Part shown: positions 42,818 through 60,500 of the stretch, piece after piece
How positions within the stretch are numbered: position 1 is the first letter of the stretch
How the letters are laid out: each line of letters starts with the position of its first letter
Source: the human T2T-CHM13v2.0 reference genome, Homo sapiens
Length of the DNA: 64,000 nt
Direction: 5' to 3' (one strand)
Assembly: GCF_009914755.1 (NCBI RefSeq)
Contig: NC_060937.1
Position numbers and translations under genes: made by a program
The notes under the pieces: generated by a model
What the model saw: only the letters and a program-made list of their open reading frames with translations
What the model was told of the DNA's origin: nothing
The model's database searches: none

Positions 42818-45734
42818 GTATCCCTTGATTTATCAAGATATAATGAAAACCTACAATGTAACAGGTAATGTGTAACATATTGGTGTTAAAAAGATGATAA
42901 AATTAAAATATAGTTTCTGTCCTTAGAGAGTTCATGTCTAATAGGAGATAGACAAGCAAATAAGCTATTGTAAATTAAAAAAAAAACTTATTATGGTAAA
43001 AATAGAAATTATTTGTCTTTAAAAATGGTGTGTTTAATACACAAAAACATTTTATTAGTTCACCATAACCTTTACCTCTACCTATGTTTGAGCTCGAGTT
43101 GTCTAGATTCATCTAGGCTCTTATAGGTAGCTTACTGCCTCATAAATTTCAAACTATCTTTAGTTCTTTGGTACACGCAGTCAATTCAAACCACAGACCT
43201 TCTTCACATAAAAGTCAGATTGATTACTTGATATTCCATGCTCATCCTAAAAGGAATTATGCTCACTGACCTTGATATACTCACTGACCTTGTTTGACTA
43301 CACTTTTCGACAGATTGGCTGTTCTGGTTCTATATAGGGAAGGATTGTATAGGCAATGAATGAGAAGAATTTCATAAATTTATATCTTTCCAGGTAAAGT
43401 TGTGAATAATACAATTTATCAATTTCAAAAAATGGAAAAGAAAAATGAGGAGGGAATTTACATGCATATGAAAACAGAGATATGTGAGGTTGAAGGAAAA
43501 TAAAAGTTTAAAATAGATCAGAAATATTTGGATTTTTAACATTAAAATTCGAGTACGTTTTCATAGCGAGCTTGCTCTGCTCCTTCATGAATATACATGT
43601 AACTAAAACCAACACTCCTAAAATCTTACGAGAATTAAGAAACCAATTAAAAAACAAAACATTAAAAGAGAGGACTATTTGGAAACAACTAAATCGGAGA
43701 GGCAGGCAATTAATAGTTTGAATAACAAAGGGAAACTAGCAAAAAGTCAATTAGAAGTTAAATACATGAAATTTTAAATCACTTAAACAAAAGCTAACTT
43801 CTAATTTTGTTGCAGGCAAGTCATTGACTTTTAAAAAATATACTTGAAAAGTATGTAACCATTATGCTACTTCATATTCCTAATAAACAACGTGAGGGGG
43901 AACTGTTTTCTGCTTTCAGTCAGCTTCTAAAAGGATCAAAATATTTTTACCACTCATATGTAAGCTCTATCTCCACAGAGAATCTTGTGTTTTATTCATC
44001 ATGGTAGCCAAGGTTTGGTTCAATTGCTGTCATTCCATTTTAACACATGCTAGGCATTGAAATATATGATTAGAATTAGCATTGACTGAGTCTTTGGCAA
44101 GATTATTCATTGAAATGCCCCTTTATGTTTCATTCGCACTGCTTCAGATAATTAGAAGGAAAATGTGAAAAGAATTAAGAGTCAAACTGGTTTTAGCTTC
44201 TTACGTGGCTCCTCCACTTATTTCAAAGGAAAAGCTTGGTGTTATGCATGACAACTGGCGCATCCCTCGTCCTTAATGTAGAATTAGGTGTCTTTAGGTG
44301 AAAAAACCAAAGAATTTAGGAAAAACTTACTTTTTTTGTAATAAGAAAGTGATTCTAGGTCTTGAAGACTAAAAAAAGGGTGACCAAAATCATCAGAATG
44401 TGAAACAGCTTCCCTCAAGATTGGAAAATTTTCCATCAATATAGGGAATGACAGGATTTAGGATCTGAATAGAAGCAAAAACCCTTGCCTATGTCCCAGT
44501 AAGTGGCGACAGTAGCAAAATCTTACATGGAAGAGTTGGGGGTTGTTGTACACTGAAGAATAAATTCAAGAAGTCAGGGCTTTTTAGCCCTAGCAAATTG
44601 AAATCCCCACCATTCTGGCCATATTATAGGAGGAGAAGTTAAACTGAGTTTAGAAAATGAAAAATGATCTCAGCGAAGTCACCAGTAAAAGAGGAGTCTT
44701 CACTGGCCACACTTACTAGGTTAATTAATTCCCAGTATTATCTGATCTCATAGCACCACACCTTTACAACAATTATCAGAGTTAATACTTTATATTTATT
44801 TGCTAGGTTTGCTGTTAAGAATGTAATCTCTAACAGCAGATGTCATGCCTAGTTTTTCACCCTCTTCTAGACTAAAAAAGTCCCATACTAAAAGTAAAGT
44901 TGGTGAATGAATTAATGTGCACTCTATTGCATACTCAAGCCTACCACAAGTCATATATGGAAAAAAAAACCTCTTGAAAGTAATTTATAAAGAAACTGAT
45001 ACTAGATATATGAATTAGACACAATGTTTGAATTATCAAATTGAGATAAAACATTCGAAAGAAAAGTGATATATAGAAATGTCTTTCATAGGAAAGCCAT
45101 AAGTTGCTACGGTCCATAATGCTGATGTCCTTCAGATATAAAATTGGCCCTTCCAAATAGGCAGTAAGATGTTTGCCACCATTGGTGTTACCGATTATTT
45201 TAAAGCTCAAAATACAAATGACTAGAATGTATTTATTTGTTTGTTTATTTTTCTACTTCAGTGAGTGTAATATGTAGTTTACAACAAATTGAATATCAAA
45301 TACTAGGATAGTATTAACCTCTTAAAACTGCAGGATGCAGGGTAATTCAGTAAATTAAGGCACATTAAGAAAACGTAGTATATGATGTAAATTATAAGAG
45401 ATTGAGAAAGTCACCCAGACAATGTAAAAGTTCTTGCCCTACTCACTCATACAAATAATTATTTTGCCAAGTTCTTAGCAAAATACACTAGGTGTCTCAT
45501 GACAGAAACAAAGTGTCTATGGTAATACAATTTGAGTTTCTGTGGCAGTGAGTGAGAATGAATGTGCTTACAATTATTGGTTTTATATGTATATATATAT
45601 GCATATTATATATGCATATAACATATATAATTTTATCCAGTTATTGGTTATCTATGTATCATTTATGTAATGTGAATTTCATTTGTTCAGCCGGACTGTT
45701 TTAAACCATAATGCTAAATAAATATGTGAATATT

Positions 45735-45920
45735 ATCAATTTACTCAGCCTCCCAATGCTTCAGTTTTCTTACTTCTACAATAGACATAATAATGATATT
45801 TCAAATAAAACATGGTTCTGAGGAGCAAACAAAGTGTAATAAATATAAAGTTATTATATAGTATATAATTATACTTATATGTATAGTTTAGCATAGTTTT
45901 TGACACATAGAAAGTGAAGA
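45735..45920 (+). mobile_element. MIR fragment
   Basis: gcttcagttttcttacttctacaatag...ggttctgagga...gacacatagaaagtg. Confidence 0.55.
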
Positions 45921-46710
45921 AATGATAGACAGTAGTAATAATAGTAAGTAATTAGTAATCTGTTAAGTTGCAGGGCTTTTTCTTTTGTATTTAAAATAAC
46001 TATTTGAATGTAAACTTATTGCTAAATCTAATGCCAGCTGTTGTGTATACTCTCTTAGTTTGACTATGTTTAATTTATAGAGATTTGATGTTGCTGCATT
46101 ATTGTTTTCTATGTATTTAATTTGATTACCTGAGACTTGAGAAAGTTATTCTTTTATCCATTTAATAAATCGTCTATTTTATATTCTATGTTCTGAAGGA
46201 AAAACTGACATTTAGTTAGAAAACTGATGGATGGGGTTAGAAAATACAGGGATATTCAAAAGCATGTTTTTTCCTGCTGTGCCAGAGGGAATCTTTGGAA
46301 ATATCTTTTCCTGTGGTGCTATGAACATTCTTTGAATATTTGAGAAAATGCTCTGGTTCTCAAGTTTCATAAAATGTATGAAAATAAAAACAAGAAATCC
46401 TATCTAGCAAATGATTAAAGATTAATGAATAATATATTTCTTGACTACTTAGTCTATTATTCAATGCTCTGCACTTCTTTTTTTTTATTTTTTTTAAATT
46501 TATTTTTTTATTATACTTTAAGTTTTAGGGTACATGTGCACATTGTGCAGGTTAGTTACATATGTATACATGTGCCATGCTGGTGTGCTGCACCAACTCA
46601 TCATCTAGCATTAGGTATATCTCCCAAAGCTATCCCTCCCCCCTCCCCCCACCCCTCAACAGTCCCCAGAGTGTGATATTCCCCTTCCTGTGTCCATGTG
46701 ATCTCATTGT

Positions 46711-48382
<1,672 letters not shown>

Positions 48383-48399
48383 TGAATTTCACAGTAAAA

Positions 48400-48770
48400 C
48401 CAAGATGTGTGCTGGATCTACTACATCTGCTCTTCTAGGTTCATGTTCTACTTGCCACGAGGCTGAGCTTGAGGAAGATGATTTTAAGTTAATATCACTG
48501 GGCTCCTTGCCCTCTGGTTCTCTGTTGAGTTCAGTAAATTGGAGGCCCTGAAACGAGATGGGGGTAGCAGAAAAGAGAGATCAGTTTACCTCCTCCCACA
48601 GTTCCTTCCCTTTCAAGTCGCTGTGAAGAATTTGCAATATTCTCCGCTCAAGGTGACAGGACCTCTTCTGTTTTCAATCATAACCTTCTCACCTTCTCCG
48701 TTTAGACCCAGGATTTGTCATTCTTCCAGCTGTTGATGGTGTCAGGGGTTTTTGCCATGCTTTGTTGATC
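48400..48770 (+). mobile_element. LTR33-like ERVL LTR fragment
   Basis: atcactgggctccttgccctctggtt...ggaggccctg...gagatggggg. Confidence 0.55.
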
Positions 48771-48777
48771 TCAGTGT

Positions 48778-49067
48778 TGCCAATGTGATAGTATTGGTGG
48801 GGTAGCTAAGCTAGGCCGTGAGGGCTCGTTTCTTGTTAACAGGATTAAGGCCCATATAAAATAGATGTCAGGCAGCAGCTCAGGTAGCTTGTTCTTGCCC
48901 TTCTGCCTTCTGCCTTCCTGAGGACACAGCAGGAAGACATTCATGAAACACCTGGGCCTTGGTCTTCTCAGCCCACAAAACTGTGAGAAATAAATTTATT
49001 GATACATTCTTTATAAATCATCTAGTCTGTGGTATTTTGTTGAAGCAGCACAAAATGGGCTAAGACT
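48778..49067 (+). mobile_element. MST (MSTC/D-like) MaLR LTR fragment
   Basis: aactgtgagaaataaattt...ggtattttgttgaagcagcacaaaatgggctaagac. Confidence 0.75.
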
Positions 49068-49189
49068 ATAAATAAACATCTTTAATAATTTTCAGTTTTT
49101 AAATATGTGTAAAGCAGGAGAAAAGAATGTGCTGTCCAACTCGATCAAAAAATACATTTAGTTACTTTTGAAATACACTGCTGGGATCC

Positions 49190-49545
49190 TCCTTCAAAGG
49201 ACTTGCTGGCACAACAAAGCTGTCAGCAAAGAGCCTCCACCTCTCAATCACTTCAGAGTTTATCTCACTTGAAATATGTCTTTGCCCAAGAGCATTCCCC
49301 TTTTTGTTTAGGGGTAGAAATTCCTGGACATGTCATCCCAATCCAGGACAAATTTGGATATTCCATTTCCAGAATTTTCCTGTATAATTAGAAGAGACTG
49401 TAGCTAGGTCCGCACTGCAGCTCAACTTCTGTCTCTGTTGGCTTTTTTCCTCTTCTTCTACAGACATTGATCCTAAGGACCCTCCTAATATATGAGGGCA
49501 AAGAAGCAAACAAACTCCAGCACAGAATCTGCTGGTCTGTGACAT
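49190..49545 (+). mobile_element. LTR16-like ERVL LTR fragment
   Basis: acagacattgatcctaaggaccctcctaata...aaactccagcacagaatctgct. Confidence 0.4.
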
Positions 49546-52199
49546 CCTGTATTGTTTAACCCTCCACTGCACTTACTCTTTTCTGTACATGCTAACTTAA
49601 TGAAGGGGATCATAAATCGGATTTCAAAACTTTTTGTTCAGTAACTAAGGAAACATTAAGAAAAGGCAGTTGTAATAGCACAAGAAAAATTATCATTTAT
49701 ATACGAAATAGCCTATGGTTAGTATGTTTTTCATACAACTTTGTATTATAACATTACCTTGTATTTCACAACCGGAAAAAGAACTGTATATTTTATGGAG
49801 AAGTGTTATGGATAGCACATGGTGACAAAGCTTTATGCTTCAAATATATGTACAAATAAAAAAACAAGCACTGCCTTTATGAAAAGAAAGCAACCAACTA
49901 TATCCAATGAAATAGGACCAAGATATAAGAAATAATCCAGTTAAGTGGATTATCAGCTTGATGTCCTCTGACACTCTTATTTTCATTCCCATTCTTTAAA
50001 AAAGGTGTCCTATCTTTAGATTTTTACAACGAAGAGACATTTCTTTTTTCTCTTGTCAGAGTGAAGGAGAAAAATAAATGATTTAATGACATACATAAAT
50101 AACTTGATAATTTTATATATTCTTTTAAATATTTACAGTCTGTATTTTTATACATTCATATTAAAATAAAATTCCCTACGTAAATTTTTCTTCAGTACAA
50201 CTAGGTTATCCATATATTAGATAATTATCTAGCATTCAATTCTTATCATGTACCTCAAACATATATTGGACAAAATAGCTTGGAAAATAGTTTCTCTGCA
50301 TGATACCAGGTCACGAAACTTTATGATTATTTAATAGATTATTTTAGCTCAACTCTAACTAAAGGCATTTGGAAGAGTTTTATAAAGTGCCCACTGGCAA
50401 CTCTTGTACACTTCTCACCTTCAGACTTTCTGTAAGGTGAGGAAATAAAAACAAATGTACATCTACCTTTAAAGTCACTGTAGGTCAGTGACTTTGATTA
50501 CTTTGAAGAACAATATAATTTGAGTCAATACAAATAAACACACTAGCCATATTTCTGTCTAGGCTACATAACAGCTAGCTACAGGTTAGGCAAAGAAGAG
50601 ACTCTGGTAATAATTTACAGGAGTTCCAGGACATTTCTCTATCCCATTTCCGGTGAAGGTGTTGCATCCTAGCCTCCTAAAAATCAAATGAGGAAGATCT
50701 AAAGTGGCCCCATTTAGAAAGACAGAGGGGTTCTTCATTAAATATAGACTTGCACCATTCTCCCCAGAGGCAAGCATGCATAGTCTCTCCTCTAAATTCT
50801 GATAAGAAGCACCAGAGAGTTACAAGACAGGATGCCCTCTGTTTAAACCATGAGAGGAAGGAGCTATGCCGTTGTCACAATTCAGCCTAAGTTTGCACAG
50901 CACACATCAGAAAATAATACTATGAAGAAAGCTTAAATGGAACGGACAGTACACCATAAAACTACAAATGCACCCTGTGAGAGAGCTGCCATTTGGAAGC
51001 CAGAAATGGCAAGTCATTAAGCAGCTAAAGAAAAACTTCACAGAGCAGTTAAGTAAAATTCCCTCTGCCACCTTTTCTTTCAGTTCATCTTATTCACTAT
51101 CATCAACCTCATTGGGATATTGTGAAGGCAAAAGAGAAGACAATAAGTGGAAATTAAGAGAAAAAAATGACCATACCCTCTTTTAACCACAAAAGTGCTC
51201 AGGTTATCAAACTATGATTCAGTCTAAACTGGGTCTGAGAAAAATTTTAAACTGTATTTGAACGTGAAGTTCTAATTTGTCTAGATATTTAAATACTTAA
51301 AAATGTCAAAAGTTTAGATTACTACCTAAAATGCTCTTCAATTTTATATAAAGGATATCTGGGAGAATTAATCTAAACGCTATATAGCATAGAGAAAGAA
51401 TTATCTATTTGCAATATAACAGATTCACTGTTTTCAGTTGACAGTTTCCTTTAGAAAGTGAATATGATTACATGTGAAACTTAGTTATAGCCCATTACAG
51501 ACACATGAACTTCTGCTGCCTTTCAAATGGTGGCTTTGCTATTTCCACGTAAATAAAGCTGGAGTTGAAGACAAATATACTTACTTTTATAAATTATGAA
51601 CATTTTCCTACCTTCAATAAAGTTTGTCTCTGGATGAGTGTTGCTTTATCACATTTCTTGAAAGAGAGTGAAGTAGAGGAAGTAGTGAAGTAAAATGCTT
51701 TTTAAATCATCTTTAAGAAATCATCATGTGGAAAGTAGATATTTCAATCAGATTTACTTCTACAAACATATTTTGAAAATAGTTATATTTGTTGATGATA
51801 ATTTGGAGTACGAAGGAAAATTTTAGGTATTACTCTGGAACCTCAGTTTTAAAATTGAGAGACTGTTTGAAAGGAAAACATATTAAGTTTTATAATTGAA
51901 AAGTTCACAAAGTCTCTCTTGCCTTAGATATATCTGAGTCCAGATGCTCAAATAATGTCCATAGAAATCTGTTCTCTCCCACTCTTTCTTTGAGGAAGAG
52001 AGATGTCATCATTATTATTCATGATCAATTTACTCATGACAAATATTCAGTTCATCAATATGGAAAATAACAGAAACTAGTAATTTGGAAAACTTGGACA
52101 TGTACTCAAATCTTCTGAATTTTATATTGTGTTTATATTGTGTTGCCCCACACTGAAACATATATGTGTGTCTGTACCAGTGGGTGTGTATTTTTTATA

Positions 52200-53650
<1,451 letters not shown>

Positions 53651-53664
53651 AAATAGTCTATTGA

Positions 53665-54470
<806 letters not shown>

Positions 54471-55254
54471 CTCCACTAAGAATTCCAAGATTATTTTACT
54501 TGCCTTCGTAATTTATTCTGTTTCTTTCATATTTAAAACATCCTTCTCAAATCTAGAATCAGGTAAATATTCTCCCAAGTTTTCTTATTTTTATATAATA
54601 TGATTTTGATTCATTTATTTAATTAACAATAAATAATACTTAAAAATGAAAATCTGCCTTATTTATGATATTGTAACTATTACTAGAACTAGTTTTCACC
54701 TTTATTGTGACATTCTTGGTATTATTTTATTGAGGGCAGATATACAAAGAAGGAGAAAAAAAGCGATCAAACTTCTCACTTTTTAGACAGCTCAGATATG
54801 CTGCCATACCTTATTTTCTTCTTTTATTTTGAAGATGTGTTATTCTTGCTCATTATTTCTTCTGAATATTTTCAAACTTAATTAGCTATGGTTCAAAAAT
54901 GTTGTCAAGTATTATTTTGATTGAGGATGTATCAAATATTTAAAAAATTGAAGTACATTAACATTTTTATAGTTTTTTCTTTTTCCTCCTCAAGAACACG
55001 GCATGTTTCTGTCAATGTTCAAAACCTTATGGTAAAAATGTAGGTTTTTAATTTTAGGGAAAGAAGGAAAATAAAGCAAACGAAAGTCTCAGAGATTTGT
55101 CTGCCGCTACATACATTTACTCTATGAGAAAATATTTATTTAGCTATATATTTTTTCTGAAACTAGAGACTCCGGTTTTAGCCAACATGAAAGTGTGCTG
55201 TAAATTATAGTGAGGTAGCTTCCTTGATCTGAGCAGAAACCTGCAGAGGTCATG

Positions 55255-55427
55255 TATACTCTTGCTACATTAGAGTGTGAGCCTCAGCCCAGTGGCATCA
55301 GCATGGCTAGGAGCTTGTTAGAAATTTAGAATCCTGGGCCCACTTCTGACCTCCTGAATCAGAACCCATACTTTAACAAGATCCCCAGGCCATTCTTTTT
55401 ATGTGCATTAAAGTTTGAGGAGCACTG
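55255..55427. mobile_element. MER5A (hAT-Charlie)
   Basis: gcatcagcat...gagcttgttagaaat...ctgaatcagaac...tttaacaagatcccca...aaagtttgaggagcactg. Confidence 0.8.
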
Positions 55428-55883
55428 ATCAAGGCTACCTATCACTTGTAGCAGGAAAACAACTTCAAAGGAGAACAAACGATATAGTAGAAATAGTTCT
55501 GTTCAATATTAGTCAATGTTAATACATATCAATAAATATGTTTTTCTCACTATTAATGATAAAATGACAATATTTGTTTCAATTTGTCTTTAAGCCCAGT
55601 TTACTTTACCAAGTGTCTGCTTGCCTGCAGTTCATGCTTTTTGAATGCAAGATCATTTATAAAGATGTATCCTAAATCCCAAATACAAGGGAGACACTAC
55701 ATAAATATTTTTGAAAAAAAGAGTGAATAAGTGAGCCCTTTAAAGTCGGTCAGTTACAAAAGAGAATTCAGGTAAAAATAATTTACTAGCCCCTCACTTT
55801 TTTAAAGAAATAGATATCTAAGTTATTTTAACACTATATTGTTAACATACTATTTACATGATATTTGTAAAAAGGAATATGCT

Positions 55884-56464
55884 TGTGTTTGTGTTCTAAG
55901 TTGCATAACAAATTACTACAAACTTAGCAGCATTTAAAAAACAAGTTTATTATCTCAGAGTATCCACTGGTCATCTACAGATGCATGATAAATGAGTCCT
56001 CAGCTCAGGTCTAATAGGGCTGCAATCAATACCACCACCAAGGGCTGCAATCTTCTCTGAGGCCCAGAGTCTTTGTCCCAGATTACTGGTTGTAGGCAGA
56101 GGTTCCTTGCTGTCGCTGGGCTAAAATACCTGCTTTCTTGCTGAGTGGCAGCTAGGAGCTGTTCTCAGCACCTAGAGTCCACTTAGCATTTCCAGCTCTG
56201 TGGTCCTTTCCATAACATGGCAGTTTGCTTCTTCAAGGCCAACAAGCAAGCCTTTCTCCAGTTGCTATGTTGTAGTTAGTCCCATATAATATAATTCAAT
56301 CACTATTGTGACTCTCCCATAATGCTGAGCATAAAACATAATCTAATCAAGAGAGCAATACCGAACCAGAGTCAAGGGTTCCTCTTGCACTCACCATGAC
56401 AGGATTACACAGGGCATGTACATTAGGCGAATCTTGGAGAACCTCTTTGAATTCTGCCTACCAC
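55884..56464 (-). mobile_element. MLT1E-like MaLR LTR
   Basis: gcataacaaattactacaaacttagcag...ggcagtttgcttcttcaaggcc...gaattctgcctaccac. Confidence 0.8.
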
Positions 56465-57595
56465 GGTGCTCATTACTGGGTCTTTTTCTTTTGCTTACCT
56501 ATAAAGGAAGACGCTGGCCTTTTCAGAACTGACTCAGAAGCCTTAAGAAGACATATCCCAAATCTATTTTGCTGCTTCTAGAAATGATACATTTTCAATT
56601 CCCAAAATAAAATTTGCTGCATTGAAGAGTCCAATTTTTACTACAAATATTTTCACAAATAAGTGTCCTTTATTTTACGTATATATTTCAGTATTTGTGA
56701 GTGAAGTTTGTCACTAATGAATTTGTATTCACATACTTGAAAGCTAATCTCATTGGTTCTCTTAATTTAAACTTGTTTGAGGGAAATAAAATCCAATATG
56801 CTGGCTATACAGTGCTTGCTGCTAAATATAATTTTCTAGCATATTTAATAGAACGTTTCAAATAGTCAAACCTATAAAACAGTAAAGAGTAAAAAGTCTA
56901 ATAATTAGAAAAGGGTCCTCTTTTTTATTAAAATGCAAGTTTAACTAAGACAGTTACATGTTTACTATAGGGCTAGATTATTTTAAAAGGTAACTGTTTT
57001 GTTAGCATTTTATGGTGTGGGTTATACAAGGATGATAATTAGAAATAATCTAAGACACTTTTTTTTGCCTTCTCCTGTACTTTTAAAATCAGAAAAGGGA
57101 AGAACATGAAAATTATTACCTTATCTTGGGTATGTCTTTTTAACCATATAATGATATCATGCCAAGGCTGTTATCAGACATCGCATAACCAGGAAATAAA
57201 AGGACAGAATTAAACATGACTACTAAAAATAAACTTTGTGAGAATTAACCTTCAGACAACTGCAAGTATAAAGTATAGTAAGTATAAATTAGTTCTCTGC
57301 AAAGACAATGCATTGAGACTTTTTTCTATGTCAGTTTTTACAAACTGGTTTTCTAGGGAGTACTAAAAATAAATATTTGTCACTAAAACTAAATAAACCT
57401 AGGCTGAAAATGTGTATCTATGGTTACCTTAGGAGCAGGCTTGAATAACTTCATTTTTCTTCATTGTATTATAGACTGAAACGGCAAAGAATGACCACAG
57501 TTTCCATTAACATAATTTCAAAGTCAAACCTTTTGATGAAAAATGTATCCTACTGTTTAAAAGAAATTTAGGATACTTTTAATGCTTCATCATAA

Positions 57596-60500
57596 TGATA
57601 CAAGAGTGCTGGGAAGGGAAGAGTGTGGTCCCTTTAAATGATATGCAAGCGGGGAAGGAAGTGCTGGGGAGCGGAGGGTGTGGTCCCTGGCTGGGGCTCC
57701 ACCCTCATGAACCTAGGTGAGGACAGTCACTCCTGCCTTAGTTGCTTTTCCCGACTGTCACTCCAAATGTTGCTTTTCCCGACTGTCCTGGCCCACCACG
57801 CCCCCATCCTGGGCTTATAAAAACCCAAGATACCGGCAAGGCAAAGACAGAAGCTGCTGGCTGGAGAGAGGAACACATAGGTGTAAGAAGACACAAGCAG
57901 CTGGTCATCAGGAGCACGCTGACACTCTGGCAGTCCATCGACCTGCCGGACAAGGCAGAGTTTGGCCGGAGCAGTGTGAGGAAAGCCGGGGCTGCCGAGT
58001 GGCCCAACTCCAGGTGAAAATCATCTCCCTTCTGAGTCCCTCATTGGAGGAGAGTTACTTCCACTCAATAAAACTTCGCACTAATTCTCCAAGACCATGT
58101 GTGATCCGATTCTTCTGCTACACCAAGGCGAGAACCTGGGATACAGAAAGCCCTCCATCCTTGCAACAAGGTAGAGGGTCTAATTGAGCTGGTTAACACA
58201 GGCTGCCTATAGACAGCAAACTAAGAGAGCACCCTGTAACACACATCCACTGGGGCTTCAACTGTAAACATTCACCCCTAGATCCTGCCATGGGATCGGA
58301 GCCTCACAGCCTGCCTGTCTGTATGCTCCCCTAGAGGTTTGAGCAGCAGGGCGCTGAAGAATCCAGCCACTCCACCGGATGAGCCCCCAGTTGAAACGAG
58401 AAAGTTTCCCTTGTTCCAGTCACCTGTTGGTACCCATGGCCAGCACCTGCCAAGGTCGCCAGGACTCAGGGATAAGGGGTGGAGTGTGAAAGGAGGGCAC
58501 TCACTTTCTCTTTCCTTCACACCCTGAGTTTTTGCTGAAAGAAGGAATGGAATGAGGGATGCTTCTATTTCCTGTCTTTCAGAATGGGCAATCAGTTCTC
58601 ACCACTGCCAGCTCATACTCCTCTGGAGTGTATCCTGAACCACTGGGACTGCTTTGACCCTCAGAATCTGGAGGAAAAATGCCTTATTGCCCTCTGCACA
58701 AAGGTTTGGCCAAGTTACGATTTACAGGAAGAACTGTCTTGGCCTCAGGAAGGAACCATTCATTTCGATACCATCTGTCAATTGGAACTTTTCTGTAGAC
58801 ATGAAGACAGATGGTCTGAGGCCCCATGTGTACATGCTTTCTATACCTTGCAAAGCCATCTAGACCTTTGCTGACAATGTAGGATTGATCCAGCCCTCCT
58901 GTTTGCCACCTCAGGAATTCCCTGGGCTTGCATGGGGCAAGCCCAGGAAATTAAAGATATGAGTACCAGAGGCACCCCCAAAAGAGGAGACAGCTCTCTC
59001 TAGCTCTGCTCCTCCCTCTCCGGGTCCACCCTGACTTCCCTATCCAGCTTCCGCCTCTCACTTGCTCCCTCCTAGAAATCCTCACTCTAGACAAGTCCCA
59101 ATCTCAGGCTTGCCCCTGCAACAGATGCCCAGTGCATTTGGGCCCAGTAAGGTCCAGGCCCCTTTCTCCTTACAGGATTTAAAGCAAATTAAGGGGGATC
59201 ATGGCAAGTTTTCAGATGACCCTGATAGATATATAGAGGCTGTCCAGAATTTCACTCGAATATTCGAACTCTCCTGGAGAGAGGTTATGTGACTTAAATC
59301 AGACCCTGACAGACACTGAGAAACACGCTGCTCTGCAAGCAGCAGAGAGAATTGCGGATGAGCTTTGCCTCACATATAGCATCAGGGAAGGGGGTGAATA
59401 CTATTCAACTGGAAGAGAAGCAGTACCAGTGAATGACCCTAAATGGGATCCCAGTGATGGGGTGGAAGATTAGAAGAGGAGTCACTTTCAGGCATGCATA
59501 ATGGAAGGCTTATGTAGAACTAGGACCAAGCCTCTCAATTATACTAGGTTGTCCATGATTGACCAGGAATTTGATGAAAATCCCACTGCCTTCCTGGAAA
59601 GACTAAGAGGGGCCTTGGTAAAGCACACCTCTCTATCTCCTGATTCAGTCGAGGGACAACTAATCTTAAAGGATAAATTTATTACTCAGACAGCCCCAAA
59701 CACCAGGAGAAAGTTGTAGAAATAGGCCCTGGGACCAGATAGTACATTAGAGGACCTCCTGAAAGTGGCTACCTCAGTCTTTTATAATAGAGACAAGGTG
59801 GCCTGGGAAAGAGAGAGGAGATACAGGTATTCCCAGGGTGCACCTGTTAACTGCTAAACATATGGCAAGAATAGTTATCTCTCTTCTAAAGTTTAACCTT
59901 TCCCAATACAAGGTTTAATTTTTTTCACCAGAGTGAAACAGCTCAGGTACAATGTTGTTGTTAGTATATTTTACTTCTTGTCTCTGTAATCTTTGGCACT
60001 AAATTCTTTCCTTGTAAAATACACGCTTAATCATGCATACTTAACCTTATAAAACTTGTTTTTTCTCTCACACCTAGAAGCCGTCAAAATGATACAGTTC
60101 TAGGAAAGGAAGAGCATGGTCCCTTTAAATAATACGAAAGGCGGGGAAGAGAGGTGCTGGGGAGAGGAGGGCGTGGTCCCTGGCTAGGGCTCCACCCCCA
60201 AAAACCTATATGAGGACAGACACTCCTGCCTCTGCACCCAAATGTTGCATTTCCCAAGATCACTCTGGCCCACCACGCCCCCAGACCCTAGCAAGGCAGA
60301 GACAGAAGCTGCTGGCCAGTGAGAGGAACACGTAGGCAGAAGAAGACACAAGCAGCTGGTCTTCAAGAGCACGCTGGCCGAAGAGCACACCGACAGATGC
60401 TGGCATGCCGGCAGGCCATCGACCGGTGGGACAAGGCTGAGTTTGGCTGGGGCAGTAGGAGGAGAGCCGGGCCATCGAGCGGCCCAACTCCGGGTGAAAA

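Noticed and set aside
50471-50495. Perfect 10-bp inverted repeat aaagtcactg-taggt-cagtgacttt
   Set aside because: A single short hairpin is plausible by chance in 64 kb; no supporting context
57638-58527. Several 60-156 aa ORFs (and counterparts at 60184-60654, 41683-42868, 11862-12173)
   Set aside because: They lie inside GC-rich LTRs, are not preserved between the two LTR copies, and show no recognisable domain
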